The position numbers and the translations under genes are program-made. A stretch of DNA of 64,000 bases from Patescibacteria group bacterium (GTDB lineage Bacteria > Patescibacteriota > Patescibacteriia > UBA2591 > JAQUPP01), in NCBI GenBank assembly GCA_028716665.1, contig JAQUPP010000001.1, positions 37,313-101,312 on the forward strand, in the 5' to 3' direction. Below the pieces are notes generated by a model. That model was not told where the DNA came from. It worked only from the letters and a program-made list of their open reading frames with translations, and searched no databases. Shown here piece by piece: positions 39,205 to 49,054 of the stretch (position 1 is its first letter; every line of letters starts with the position of its first letter).

Positions 39205-39708
39205 TTATTCAACTTCAATATTTTGATCTTTGTCTTCGGTTTTTGGCAAAATAACGGTTAAAATTCCATTTTTTAAATTCGCTTTTACTTTGTCGGATTT
39301 TACCGGATATGGCAAAACCAAGGTCCGGGAAAATTTCCCCCAAAAACATTCTTGCAAATAATAATTTTTTGTTTCATCTTCTGTTTCCTGCCTTCTTTCA
39401 CCCCTGATAACAATCAAGTCAGATTCAACCGTAATATCAATGTCTTCTTTGTTAATGCCGGCAATCGTGGATTCAACGATAATGTTATTGTCTCTTTCAA
39501 AAATATCAACCACCAATTGACCTTGTCCTGAATCAGGCAGCCATTTTTTTATTTCGCTTTCTTCAGGTTTCTTTTTGGCCATAAACGGCTTTTTTTCTTT
39601 TACTTTTTTCTTTATCGGCGCCTCGGAAGTCGTATTCACTTCCTCGGTTTCTTTTTCCAAAACATCCTTGGGCAGACCGGTTATTTTTGACCAAATAATT
39701 TTTGTCAT
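39205..39708 (-). CDS. Hsp20/alpha-crystallin family protein
   Basis: VDIFE...AGI.KEDIDI...IRGER...ECFWGKFSR...A.LKNGILTV.LPK. Confidence 0.92.
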   Translation of the reverse strand: MTKIIWSKITGLPKDVLEKETEEVNTTSEAPIKKKVKEKKPFMAKKKPEESEIKKWLPDSGQGQLVVDIFERDNNIIVESTIAGINKEDIDITVESDLIVIRGERRQETEDETKNYYLQECFWGKFSRTLVLPYPVKSDKVKANLKNGILTVILPKTEDKDQNIEVE

Positions 39709-39770
39709 AAACGAATATTTAGATTAAACTATTCTTTTATTGTAACAGAAAAGAATAAAAAAACAACCCC

Positions 39771-39798
39771 TTGACAAAAAATAAAAAAATGTTATTAT
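39771..39798 (+). promoter_or_regulatory. sigma70-type promoter
   Basis: TTGACA-16 nt-TATTAT with TGn extension. Confidence 0.55.
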
Positions 39799-39838
39799 AT
39801 TTATATATAAATCAGTTCTTTATAAAAAAGGGGGCAAG

Positions 39839-40294
39839 ATGAGTGAAAGAAGAAAATTTGGAATTATGGCTATTGTCTCTTTCTGGAGCACAGTCATAAT
39901 GGCTATAACTTTATGTATAGTCAGTCATTTCGGACCAGTCTCAACCCAAGAAATTCCATGGATTAAATTAACTCTCTCCCGCTGGTGGGATGTTCTTTTT
40001 CTACCTGCTTATTCCTGGATTCTGTTTTTAATGTGGATGCTGGATACAGCAGAAAAAAAAGTGTTTTCAGGAGCAAAAACAATCACAATCTCAATTCTTG
40101 ACGCATTCGCTTATGGAGTCGTTATAGGACTTTTGGTTGGATTCTCTTGCGGGCTCTTTGAAGGATTAGGAGCTGGATTCGTTGCCGGGCTGGGAGTTGG
40201 AGTAATATTTGGAATCTGTTTCGCATTTATTATCTTATTTGTCTTGTTGGTTAAAGTAGTGGTTAATATCCATAAGTGGCTTCTAAAAAATTGA
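39839..40294 (+). CDS. hypothetical multi-TM membrane protein
   Basis: Hydrophobic, Gly-rich C-terminal helices; own promoter and a terminator at 40300-40332. Confidence 0.65.
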   Translation: MSERRKFGIMAIVSFWSTVIMAITLCIVSHFGPVSTQEIPWIKLTLSRWWDVLFLPAYSWILFLMWMLDTAEKKVFSGAKTITISILDAFAYGVVIGLLVGFSCGLFEGLGAGFVAGLGVGVIFGICFAFIILFVLLVKVVVNIHKWLLKN

Positions 40295-40387
40295 AAATAA
40301 AAAAGACCGTTGAAAAAATCAACGGTCTTTTTCTTTTTAAAAAATTATTTTCTCGAATAAGCAGCGGCTTTTCCCTAAAGAGTAAAA

Positions 40388-42613
40388 TTAATATCCTCTT
40401 GTTTTTAACACGGCAATACTTGTTCCGCCCTTAAATTGTTTAGTATAAGCATAAAACTGACTAAGCTGCTTGCTGGAAAAACTGAAAACATTAACCTGGG
40501 GTTCCATGCCTTTTTTGGGACCGGTAATAATTTCCGCCTTTTGATCACCGTCAAAATCAGCCGTGACAAGATTAATTCCTCCATAAAATTCGCGAGAGTA
40601 AGCCAAAAATTGAAGTCTGAGTTGGAGAAATTCACTGGAAAAAACTCTCACATAAGGAGAAGCGCCCGAGGCCACACTGGCTAAAATTTCATCTTTCCCA
40701 TCACCGTCAACATCGCCTGAAGCGACATTCACGCCGCCCAAAAAAGTTTTATTAAAAGCGAAGAAATTTAATTCCATAACTCCCTGACCGTCTAAAACCC
40801 TGACATGAGGACCGCCTCCAAGACCTGCGCCGGTGATAATTTCGTCTTGACCGTCAGCATCAATATCTCCTGAAGCAATATTCACCCCGCCTTTAAAACT
40901 GGATTGATAAGCAAAAAATTCATTTTTTAAATTACCGGAAAAATCAAAAATTTTAATTTGAGTATTACTGGTCATTCCACTGGTGATAATTTCGTCTTTC
41001 CCATCACCGTCAACATCACCCGAAGCGACATTCACGCCGCCGGTAAAAGTTTTTGCATAAGCGAAAAATCCACTTTTCGGCTGGCCGTAAAGATCAAATA
41101 TTCTGACATGAGGTCCGCCGCCCGGACCTGCGCCGGTGATAATTTCGTCTTTCCCATCACCGTCAACATCACCCGAAGCGACATTCACGCCGCCGGTAAA
41201 AGTTTTTGCATAAGCGAAAAATCCACTTTTCGGCTGGCCGTAAAGATCAAATATTCTGACATGAGGTCCGCCGCCCGGACCTGCGCCGGTGATAATATAA
41301 TAAGATTGGGGCAATTCTCCGGCCTGATTAAAAGTACGTTCTATGGTTTTATAAGCATTAACCCGACCGCTGCCCAACTGACCGACTAAATTGGAATTTA
41401 AAGAATCAATATTGTCAGCCTGACTGATAATAAAACTTTGAACTTGTTTTTGAGTCAGTAGCGGGTTAACAGACCAAACTAATGCCGCCAACCCGGAAAT
41501 GACCGGCGCGGCAATGGAAGTGCCGGACCAATAACCTCCGTAATATTCTTTAAAATTTTCGTAATTTGAATTATAAACCAGCGGGCCATAAATGCGCGTT
41601 CCCGGCGCCGAGATATCAATACATTTTGAACCATAATTGGAAAAAGACGCTTTTTTATCAGCGCTGTCCGTAGCTGCTACGCCAATAATAAAATTTTCAT
41701 CATCTTCGTCCAAACAGACCGGATAATTAGGCGTGTTATTGAGATTCACCGGCTCGCCTGTTGTTTCGTTGCCACCGGCTGCCACGACAATCACTCCTCT
41801 TTGCCAAGCATTTTTTAGAGCTTCAGCTAAAAAATAACTTTTATTGGTGCCGACAAAACTTAAATTGATAACTTTTACTCCATTGTCAACCGCGTATTTA
41901 ACCGCTTGAATAACATGCTCTACTGTTCCCGACCCTTCACTGTTTAAAACTCTTAAAGACATAATTTTACTTTTAAAAGCTATACCGGCCGTACCCGCGG
42001 AATTATCTCCTGTTGCGGCAATAATGCCCGCGATTAAGGTGCCGTGATGAATGCCATTGGCGTCAAAAACTTCATCAAATTTAGGCTTTGGGTTTGGCAC
42101 ATTATTTATGAAATCCCATCCATTTATATCATCAATGTAACCGTTATGATCATTATCAATACCATCTCCTTTGATTTCATCTTTATTGGACCAAATATTA
42201 TTTTTTAAATCAGGATGATCAATGTCCACGCCTGTGTCTAAAACCGCCACCGTGATATCAGTGTTCCCTCCATGGGTTAAATCCCATGCCTGCGGTATTT
42301 GAATTTTATCCAAATACCATTGTTCAAAATAAAGCGGATCATTGGGAATATAAGCGATTTTAAATGAATAATTCGGTTCAGCCCATTCTATTTCCGATCG
42401 TTCAAGAATAATTTTTTGAAATTCTTCAATTGGCAAATCATTTGATTCGACATTATAAATTTTTGAAGAATCTTTCAATTTAATTAAAAGTTCTCCTGTT
42501 TCCGGAATAGTGGAAGAATGAGCTATTTTAGGGAAATTGAAAAAAGTTGTCATACTCAAAATAACAACTAAAAAAATAACAAATATATTTTTTTGATTAA
42601 TCAATTTCATCAA
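40388..42613 (-). CDS. secreted S8 (subtilisin) serine peptidase with C-terminal FG-GAP-like repeats
   Basis: Triad motifs VAVLDTGVD, HGTLIAG, SGTSIAAP; repeats ASGDVDGDGKDEIITGAGPGGGPHVRIF. Confidence 0.93.
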   Translation of the reverse strand: MMKLINQKNIFVIFLVVILSMTTFFNFPKIAHSSTIPETGELLIKLKDSSKIYNVESNDLPIEEFQKIILERSEIEWAEPNYSFKIAYIPNDPLYFEQWYLDKIQIPQAWDLTHGGNTDITVAVLDTGVDIDHPDLKNNIWSNKDEIKGDGIDNDHNGYIDDINGWDFINNVPNPKPKFDEVFDANGIHHGTLIAGIIAATGDNSAGTAGIAFKSKIMSLRVLNSEGSGTVEHVIQAVKYAVDNGVKVINLSFVGTNKSYFLAEALKNAWQRGVIVVAAGGNETTGEPVNLNNTPNYPVCLDEDDENFIIGVAATDSADKKASFSNYGSKCIDISAPGTRIYGPLVYNSNYENFKEYYGGYWSGTSIAAPVISGLAALVWSVNPLLTQKQVQSFIISQADNIDSLNSNLVGQLGSGRVNAYKTIERTFNQAGELPQSYYIITGAGPGGGPHVRIFDLYGQPKSGFFAYAKTFTGGVNVASGDVDGDGKDEIITGAGPGGGPHVRIFDLYGQPKSGFFAYAKTFTGGVNVASGDVDGDGKDEIITSGMTSNTQIKIFDFSGNLKNEFFAYQSSFKGGVNIASGDIDADGQDEIITGAGLGGGPHVRVLDGQGVMELNFFAFNKTFLGGVNVASGDVDGDGKDEILASVASGASPYVRVFSSEFLQLRLQFLAYSREFYGGINLVTADFDGDQKAEIITGPKKGMEPQVNVFSFSSKQLSQFYAYTKQFKGGTSIAVLKTRGY
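40982..41296. repeat. perfect 153-bp tandem duplication (51-aa repeat unit)
   Basis: GGTGATAAT... recurs at 40982, 41135 and 41288 with identical units. Confidence 0.9.
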
Positions 42614-42655
42614 AATTTTTTAAAACTAATCTAAGATAATGATTTATTGCCAAGC

Positions 42656-42770
42656 GAGCAAGAGAAAAGAAAGTTTTATTTTCTTTTCCGATCCCGCTGT
42701 TAGCGGGAGCAGATAAAAAAGAGTTTAATACCCGACTGGCGAATGTAAAATAAGAAGTCAGAACTTGCTC
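42656..42770. repeat. palindromic intergenic element related to 35075-35245
   Basis: GAGCAAG/CTTGCTC ends; central GATCCCGCTGTTAGCGGGA. Confidence 0.45.
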
Positions 42771-42776
42771 TGAAAT

Positions 42777-43412
42777 CTAATACCCTTTATTTTCTTCGAT
42801 CAAGGGAACAAAACTAAAACCCGGAAATCTTTTTTTACTATATTCATCTTTACTGATTCTTTCCACTAAAACTATGTCTTGCGTGTCTTGACCCTCAGGA
42901 ATAACCAATTTGCCGCCAATCGCCAATTGCTCGAGCAATTCATCGGGAATTCTGAAAGCGGCCGCGCCAACATGTATGCGATCGAATGGAGCTTGTTCGG
43001 GTAATCCTTTTGACCCATCCCCAATTTTAACAGTCATTCGGCCGGATTTAATAAAACTATATTTTTTAATATTGTTAATGCCGAATTCCGCCAATTCAGG
43101 AATTCTTTCAATACTGAAAACCTTACCGGTTTTACCAACAATTTCCGCCAAAAGAGCTGAAGCCCACCCCGAGCCAAAACCGATATCTAAAACTTTTTGA
43201 CCTGGTTTAAGATCCAATAATTCCATCATAAAAGCGACGGTCAATGGCTGAGAAATGGTTTGTCCGAAACCGATAGCCAGAGGCGCGTTGCATTCCGCCA
43301 CTTCTTCATTTTCATCAAGAATAAAATCTTTGCGCTTAATTGCCTGGAAGGCCTTGATAATATTGGGATCTTTAAGATATTTTGTATTAATCAATTGTTG
43401 GATTAAATCCAT
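42777..43412 (-). CDS. pcm: protein-L-isoaspartate O-methyltransferase
   Basis: IGFGQTISQP, VLDIGFGSGW, GDGSKG..EQAPFDRI, FVPL. Confidence 0.95.
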   Translation of the reverse strand: MDLIQQLINTKYLKDPNIIKAFQAIKRKDFILDENEEVAECNAPLAIGFGQTISQPLTVAFMMELLDLKPGQKVLDIGFGSGWASALLAEIVGKTGKVFSIERIPELAEFGINNIKKYSFIKSGRMTVKIGDGSKGLPEQAPFDRIHVGAAAFRIPDELLEQLAIGGKLVIPEGQDTQDIVLVERISKDEYSKKRFPGFSFVPLIEENKGY

Positions 43413-43428
43413 AGAAACTTTTTATTAT

Positions 43429-45939
43429 TTAAATTAGAGTGCAAGAAACAACAATATCTTTGGTGTTAAATCTCATTAATCTCACTCCTTGAGTCGCCCG
43501 GCCGGTGGTAGAAACGCTTTTAAGCGGCAAACGTATAACTTGGCCCAGATGAGAAATCAAAAGCAAGTCTTTGTCTGAAATTTTATCATCCACCACAATC
43601 GCTCCGATAATTTTCCCGATTTTATCAGTAACCTTGGCGGTTTTGATTCCGCTGCCGCCCCGGCGCTGCAAACGATATTCTTTAAGGGGCGTCATTTTGC
43701 CAAAACCGTTTTCCGCCACGATTAATAATTTTTTATTGGCTATTTCTTTGGTGTCAATTACCCCCATTCCAACGATATAATCATCTTTCTTAAGTTTCAT
43801 TCCTCTGACGCCGCTCGCCACCCGTCCCAACGGTTTTAAATCTTTTTCTTTGAATCTAACCGCTTGCCCGTGAGCGGAAACCAAAACAATTTCATCATTA
43901 GGAGCGACCAACTCAGTCCAATCCAAAGAATCATCATTTTTTAATTTAATGGCAATTAATCCTGATCTGCGAACATTATCAAAAGCGCTTATTTCCAATT
44001 TTTTAATTGTTCCCTGTTTTGTCACCATTACTATCCAGCGGGAATTTTTCAAATTGGAAGAAGGCAAAACCACGGAAACTTTTTCCTGATCGCTCACTTC
44101 CAAAAAATTAACCAAAGCCTGGCCCTTGGCCGCTCGGCCGGTTTGCGGAATCTCGTGAGCTTTTAATTGAAAAGCTCTGCCCTTGGTCGTAAAGAATAAT
44201 AAATTGGTGTGAGTGGTAGTGGAAATTAATTGCTTCACTTGATCTTCATCTTTCACTTCCAGTCCAACCACGCCCTTGCCTCCGCGGCTCTGTGATTTAA
44301 AGCTTTCTGAAGCCAATCTTTTAATATAACCGTCTCGGGTAATAACCACCAAGGTCGGTTCATCAGGAATTAAATCTTCATCGCTGAATTTCCCTACTTC
44401 CGTGGCCACTACTTGTGTTCGGCGATCATCACCGTATTTTTCTTTTAATTCTTTTAAATCTTTTTTGACAATTTCCAAAATCATTTTTGGAGAAGCCAAT
44501 AATTTTTCCAATTCTTTAGCAAAGGCTAATTTTTCTTTCAACTCATCCTTAACCTTACTTCTTTCCAAATTCGCCAATTGATGAAGTTTCATTTCCAAAA
44601 TGGCATCCGCCTGAAGATCACTTAGGCGATATTTTTTCATCAAATTAATTTTGGCTTCATTCTTGTCTTGAGATTTTTTAATCAATTTAATAATTTCATC
44701 AATATGATCAATGGCGATTTCCAATCCTTTTAAAATATGAATTCTGTCTTGAGTCTGTCTTAAAATATATTCCGTGCGCTTGCGAATGATAATTTGGCGA
44801 TGATCAATATATTCTTCCAAGATTTCTTTAAGACCGAAAACTTTCGGTTGAATACCCTCGGAAAGCGCCACCATGTTAACATAAAAAACCGTTTGCAAAG
44901 AAGTCATTTGAAATAATTTATTCAATACTTTTTGCGGGAAAGTTCCTTTTTTAAGCTCAATCATCACTCTTATTCCTTCTTTACCTGATTCATCGCGAAT
45001 ATCCCTGATATCATCTATTTTCTTATCTTTAACCAACTCTGCCATTTTTTGAAGCAAGTCGGATTTATTGACTCCGTAAGGAATTTCATGGACGAGAATT
45101 TGAAAATATCCCTGTTTTGTTTCAACAATTTCTGTTTTTGCTCTGACCACAATCGGTCCTTTGCCGATCGCGTAAGCTTGCTTTATTTGATTGACGTCAA
45201 AAATAAGACCGCCGGTCGGGAAATCAGGTCCTTTCACAAGTTTAAAAATTTCATCAATTTCAGCATGGGGATGATCTATTAATAAACCGATTGCATCGCA
45301 CAATTCCCCTAAATTATGCGGTGGAATATTTGTGGCCATACCAACGGCAATGCCCATTGAACCATTTAAAAGTAAGTTGGGTAATCTGGCCGGTAAAACT
45401 TGCGGCTCAGTTAAAGTACCGTCGTAGTTTGGCGTAAAATTAACTGTTTCTTTATCAATATCCAAAAGCATTTCATCAGCAATAGCGGAAAGTCTGGCTT
45501 CAGTGTAACGATGAGCCGCTGCTCCGTCGCCGTCAATTGAACCGAAGTTTCCTTGACCGTCAATCAAAGGATAACGCAAAGAAAAATCTTGAGCCATTCT
45601 GACCATTGAATCATAAACCGCCATATCGCCGTGCGGATGATAATGACCAAGCACTTCACCGACAACCGTAGCTGATTTTCTGTATTTAACCGAATGTTTC
45701 AAACCCATAGAATGCATGGCGTAAAGAATGCGGCGATGAACCGGTTTTAAACCATCTCTGACATCAGGCAAGGCACGAGCGACGATTACACTCATAGCAT
45801 AGTCAAGATAAGAAGTTTTCACTTCGTCTTCCAAAGATTGTGTATCTATTCTCCCCGTTATTATCTCATCTGAAGGTTCTGGCTTGACTTTTGACTCTTT
45901 ATGGGGTAATCGATAAATTTTTTTGTGTTTGTTCTTCAT
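43429..45939 (-). CDS. gyrA: DNA gyrase subunit A
   Basis: [43 protein letters not shown], GyrA box QSRGGKG. Confidence 0.97.
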   Translation of the reverse strand: MKNKHKKIYRLPHKESKVKPEPSDEIITGRIDTQSLEDEVKTSYLDYAMSVIVARALPDVRDGLKPVHRRILYAMHSMGLKHSVKYRKSATVVGEVLGHYHPHGDMAVYDSMVRMAQDFSLRYPLIDGQGNFGSIDGDGAAAHRYTEARLSAIADEMLLDIDKETVNFTPNYDGTLTEPQVLPARLPNLLLNGSMGIAVGMATNIPPHNLGELCDAIGLLIDHPHAEIDEIFKLVKGPDFPTGGLIFDVNQIKQAYAIGKGPIVVRAKTEIVETKQGYFQILVHEIPYGVNKSDLLQKMAELVKDKKIDDIRDIRDESGKEGIRVMIELKKGTFPQKVLNKLFQMTSLQTVFYVNMVALSEGIQPKVFGLKEILEEYIDHRQIIIRKRTEYILRQTQDRIHILKGLEIAIDHIDEIIKLIKKSQDKNEAKINLMKKYRLSDLQADAILEMKLHQLANLERSKVKDELKEKLAFAKELEKLLASPKMILEIVKKDLKELKEKYGDDRRTQVVATEVGKFSDEDLIPDEPTLVVITRDGYIKRLASESFKSQSRGGKGVVGLEVKDEDQVKQLISTTTHTNLLFFTTKGRAFQLKAHEIPQTGRAAKGQALVNFLEVSDQEKVSVVLPSSNLKNSRWIVMVTKQGTIKKLEISAFDNVRRSGLIAIKLKNDDSLDWTELVAPNDEIVLVSAHGQAVRFKEKDLKPLGRVASGVRGMKLKKDDYIVGMGVIDTKEIANKKLLIVAENGFGKMTPLKEYRLQRRGGSGIKTAKVTDKIGKIIGAIVVDDKISDKDLLLISHLGQVIRLPLKSVSTTGRATQGVRLMRFNTKDIVVSCTLI

Positions 45940-46216
45940 ATTCTTCTAAAACTTTTTTCTTTAAACGATCAACTTCTTCATTGGTCATTAAATCTTTTTG
46001 AAGAAGCGGAGACTGTTTTATTCCAAGACGCGCTTCTTTAAATGATTTATTAACTTCAGAATATGTCTTTTTAATAATAGAAATAAAGGAATCTTTTTTG
46101 TCAATAATTTGAAAACTGTATTTTAAACTGAAAATCCAGCCTATGAAAATAAGAACTGTAAGTGAAATTACCATAGTCCATAATTCCACTGTCTTATTTT
46201 GAGGAGCTTTTTTCAT
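45899..46216 (-). CDS. hypothetical membrane-anchored protein
   Basis: 105-aa ORF with one TM helix, in operon context. Confidence 0.55.
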   Translation of the reverse strand: MKKAPQNKTVELWTMVISLTVLIFIGWIFSLKYSFQIIDKKDSFISIIKKTYSEVNKSFKEARLGIKQSPLLQKDLMTNEEVDRLKKKVLEEYEEQTQKNLSITP

Positions 46217-46228
46217 AATCGCTTGTTA

Positions 46229-46852
46229 TTATTTCGGCTCCAAAATAATAACTTTATTTTCTATCAGTTCCAAATCTTTTTTATGTAAAGATAACTTTTC
46301 CATGGTTTCTGGATTTTTAGCGCCCGCTTCTTTTAAAAAGTTATCAAGAGGATCTAAAGATACCTTAAGTCCTTTAATTTTATAACAGCAAGGAATGGTA
46401 ATTCTGGGTTCAATCTGATGAACGACTTTTACCGCTTTTTCCGCATCAAGCATGCCTTTTCCGCCAATCGGTATCAATAGAATATCAATGCCGTCTAATT
46501 TTTCCAACTGACCGTCTGTTAATGTTTTATTAATTTCTCCCAGAACTCCAATTCTGATATTATCAACAATAATCTGATAAATGGTTAATGATTTTTTATC
46601 ATCACTGGCATCCGTGCCGTAAACAAATATATTTTTTGATTCATACTCTCCCGGGCCGGAAATTAAAAAACATTCATCTTTTGAATCTTTCTGGGCGATT
46701 TTTTCTTCTTCCGGATTTGTTAATACCAAAATTGTGGCCTTATAATTAGGTCCTCTTAATCCCGCGTTTCTCGGGCTATAAGGATCAATTAAAACAACCT
46801 TCTCTCCTGTTTGAATTTTAAAACAAAATTGTCCGTACCAACTGATAATCAT
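46229..46852 (-). CDS. MBL-fold protein, metal motif apparently degenerate
   Basis: ISWYGQFCFKI, IDPY, GPGEYE, DILLIPIGG, EPRITIP; HxHxDH replaced by TNPEEE. Confidence 0.7.
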   Translation of the reverse strand: MIISWYGQFCFKIQTGEKVVLIDPYSPRNAGLRGPNYKATILVLTNPEEEKIAQKDSKDECFLISGPGEYESKNIFVYGTDASDDKKSLTIYQIIVDNIRIGVLGEINKTLTDGQLEKLDGIDILLIPIGGKGMLDAEKAVKVVHQIEPRITIPCCYKIKGLKVSLDPLDNFLKEAGAKNPETMEKLSLHKKDLELIENKVIILEPK

Positions 46853-47073
46853 TTTATTGTAAATAATTTATTATATAATTTTAAATATTTTTTCGCCGAT
46901 TGATGCCAAGAAATTTGGCTTATGGCGTTAATTTGGATTTTTCGCCAAATTTTTTTATTTTGATAAAATTTAGAGATTTTATCCTTTTGTTAAGACCTGA
47001 CAAATCATTGTTTAATTTTACATTTTTTACAGTATCGCGCAAGCCTCCTGTCGCCCTAATAATGGGGATTGTT

Positions 47074-47940
47074 TCAGAAGCGGCAAATAAAATTTTCATT
47101 GTTGATTTTAAAATAATCCCAAACTGAATTTATATCAAATCCCCATTCTTTGGGTAAAATACCATGGAAATCCGAACCGACGGTAATGGTTAAATTTAAT
47201 TCCTTGGCTACTTTCTGCCAATGTTCGTTACTCCCCCATGAATGATGACTGGAAATCGCCTCCAGGCCGTCTAATCCCATTTTTTTAAGATCTTTAATTA
47301 TATCTTGATCATGCCAAGCGAGCTGCTGCCCAGGATGAGCTAAAACCGCCTTACCATGGGCCTGCTTGATTAATTTAATGGCTTGTTTAATATCCAATTC
47401 GGTTTCCGGGCAAAGAGAAACGCCATTTTTAAAAAAATATTTTTCAATAATATCAGTCAGAGAAATAATTTTTTTAGGAGTCCAATTAAAATTTTTTCTG
47501 ATTCTATTTTGATTTTGGGGATATTTTTGAAAAACTCCGGCCAAGTTTGCCACGCCGATATATGGAGCTTTTATTTTAAAAACTTCTCTCTCGTCCATTT
47601 GCCATCCGTCTTTTTGAAGAATTCTGATTATTTTTTTAATTTTTAAAAGATGAGATGCTTGCAATTCTTTTAAAACCGAATTGAATTTTTTATTTTTCAA
47701 ATCAAATCCGTAACCCAAAAGATGAAGATGCTTGTCTTTAAAATGAGTGTAAATTTCCACGCCGGTTATGACTTTAATTTTTAACTTTTTGCCTTCTTCT
47801 TGAAACTCTTTTATTCCGTCAATTCCATTATGATCAGTTAAAGATAAAAAATTAAAACCTGCCTGCTTGGCTTTTTTCATTAAATCTTGAGGCGAATAAA
47901 CGCCATCCGAATAATAAGAATGCAAATGTAAATCAATCAT
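47074..47940 (-). CDS. PHP domain phosphoesterase
   Basis: DLHLHSYYSDG, LTDHN, GVEI, HLLGY, LAHP, GSDFHG. Confidence 0.92.
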   Translation of the reverse strand: MIDLHLHSYYSDGVYSPQDLMKKAKQAGFNFLSLTDHNGIDGIKEFQEEGKKLKIKVITGVEIYTHFKDKHLHLLGYGFDLKNKKFNSVLKELQASHLLKIKKIIRILQKDGWQMDEREVFKIKAPYIGVANLAGVFQKYPQNQNRIRKNFNWTPKKIISLTDIIEKYFFKNGVSLCPETELDIKQAIKLIKQAHGKAVLAHPGQQLAWHDQDIIKDLKKMGLDGLEAISSHHSWGSNEHWQKVAKELNLTITVGSDFHGILPKEWGFDINSVWDYFKINNENFICRF

Positions 47941-47957
47941 ATAAATTAGTTTATTAG

Positions 47958-48989
47958 TTATTCGTTTTTTGTTATTAGTTTTTCTCCTGCTTGTTTTAAT
48001 AAAATTTCAATCCCCTTGGCCTTATTCTCTTTGTTTGATTCAACTAAGGCTAAAATCGCCGCCATTTCCAAAATTTTTCTTATTTCAAAATAGAGCAAAC
48101 GAGTTTTAATTTTTTTATCTTCCAGCTCCTGTTTTGTAAAATAATTTTTAAAAAATAAATTTCTTATTTCTCGCGATTGTTTTTTAAATTTTGGCGCATA
48201 ATAACGGAACATTGAATCATTCTGGGCTAAAAATCCGCCTACATCTTCCAAGGGGTCCCCCCAAAAAGCATAACTGAAATCTATGATTTTAAATTTCTTA
48301 TCTTGAGAAATGATATTTCCCCAATGCAGGTCCCCATGGACTAAACCGAAATTATTTTTAAAAATTTCTTTATGTTTTCGCCTGAATTGCCAAAGTTGCT
48401 TAAGTAAAGAACTGAATTTTGGATAAAAATCTTTGGCGCATTTCTTAACCAAAAAATACCAGTGCCGATATTCCCACTTTTCGCGTTTTAAAGTTTTAAT
48501 CGGCAAAAAATCCGGCTTTTTGGACGAGATATTATGCATTTTTCTCAGACAACGAATAATCGGCTTGATTAAATTTATTTGATTATTAATTTTTCCTTGA
48601 GCCATTGAATTCTCCAATGAGAAGCCGGGCGTTTCCAAATAAAAATATATATTTAGAGACGGGTCATAATCTAAAAAATGAGGAATATTCTGTTTAAAAC
48701 CTTTGCTTTTCAACCAGTTTAAAGTTCTCCACTCCCGATACGGTATGTCCTGCCGACGATGAATTTTAGCTCTGATATTTTTTGCCCCGCGGCTTGTTGC
48801 CAGCGTATATTTTAAGCTCATATTGCGGTATTTTCCGCAAAAATTTCTGACTAATTCTATTTGAAGATCCAATAGTTTCTCGCCCTTAGTTAAAAAATTT
48901 TTTCTTCTTTTCTGAAAAAGAAGAAGCATGTGTTTTTTATTCAAAGATTTTTTGGTGCTGAAAGTGCGAGGTAATTTGATAAAAATCAT
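47958..48989 (-). CDS. aminoglycoside-phosphotransferase-like kinase
   Basis: LVHGDLHWGNI, IIDFS, GDPLED. Confidence 0.8.
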   Translation of the reverse strand: MIFIKLPRTFSTKKSLNKKHMLLLFQKRRKNFLTKGEKLLDLQIELVRNFCGKYRNMSLKYTLATSRGAKNIRAKIHRRQDIPYREWRTLNWLKSKGFKQNIPHFLDYDPSLNIYFYLETPGFSLENSMAQGKINNQINLIKPIIRCLRKMHNISSKKPDFLPIKTLKREKWEYRHWYFLVKKCAKDFYPKFSSLLKQLWQFRRKHKEIFKNNFGLVHGDLHWGNIISQDKKFKIIDFSYAFWGDPLEDVGGFLAQNDSMFRYYAPKFKKQSREIRNLFFKNYFTKQELEDKKIKTRLLYFEIRKILEMAAILALVESNKENKAKGIEILLKQAGEKLITKNE

Positions 48990-48991
48990 AG

Positions 48992-49032
48992 ATTAGCTTA
49001 TTAGGAATTAGCTTTTTAGCTTATTAGGAAAT
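48992..49032. repeat. short imperfect 7-8 bp tandem repeat
   Basis: ttagctta ttaggaa ttagcttt ttagctta ttaggaaa. Confidence 0.5.
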
Positions 49033-49054
49033 TATTTTCTAATGCCTAAGAAGC

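Noticed and set aside
40700-41296. CRISPR array or DGR template/variable repeat
   Set aside because: The repeats are in-frame protein repeats with no spacers and no adenine-specific differences; no cas or reverse transcriptase gene is in the window.
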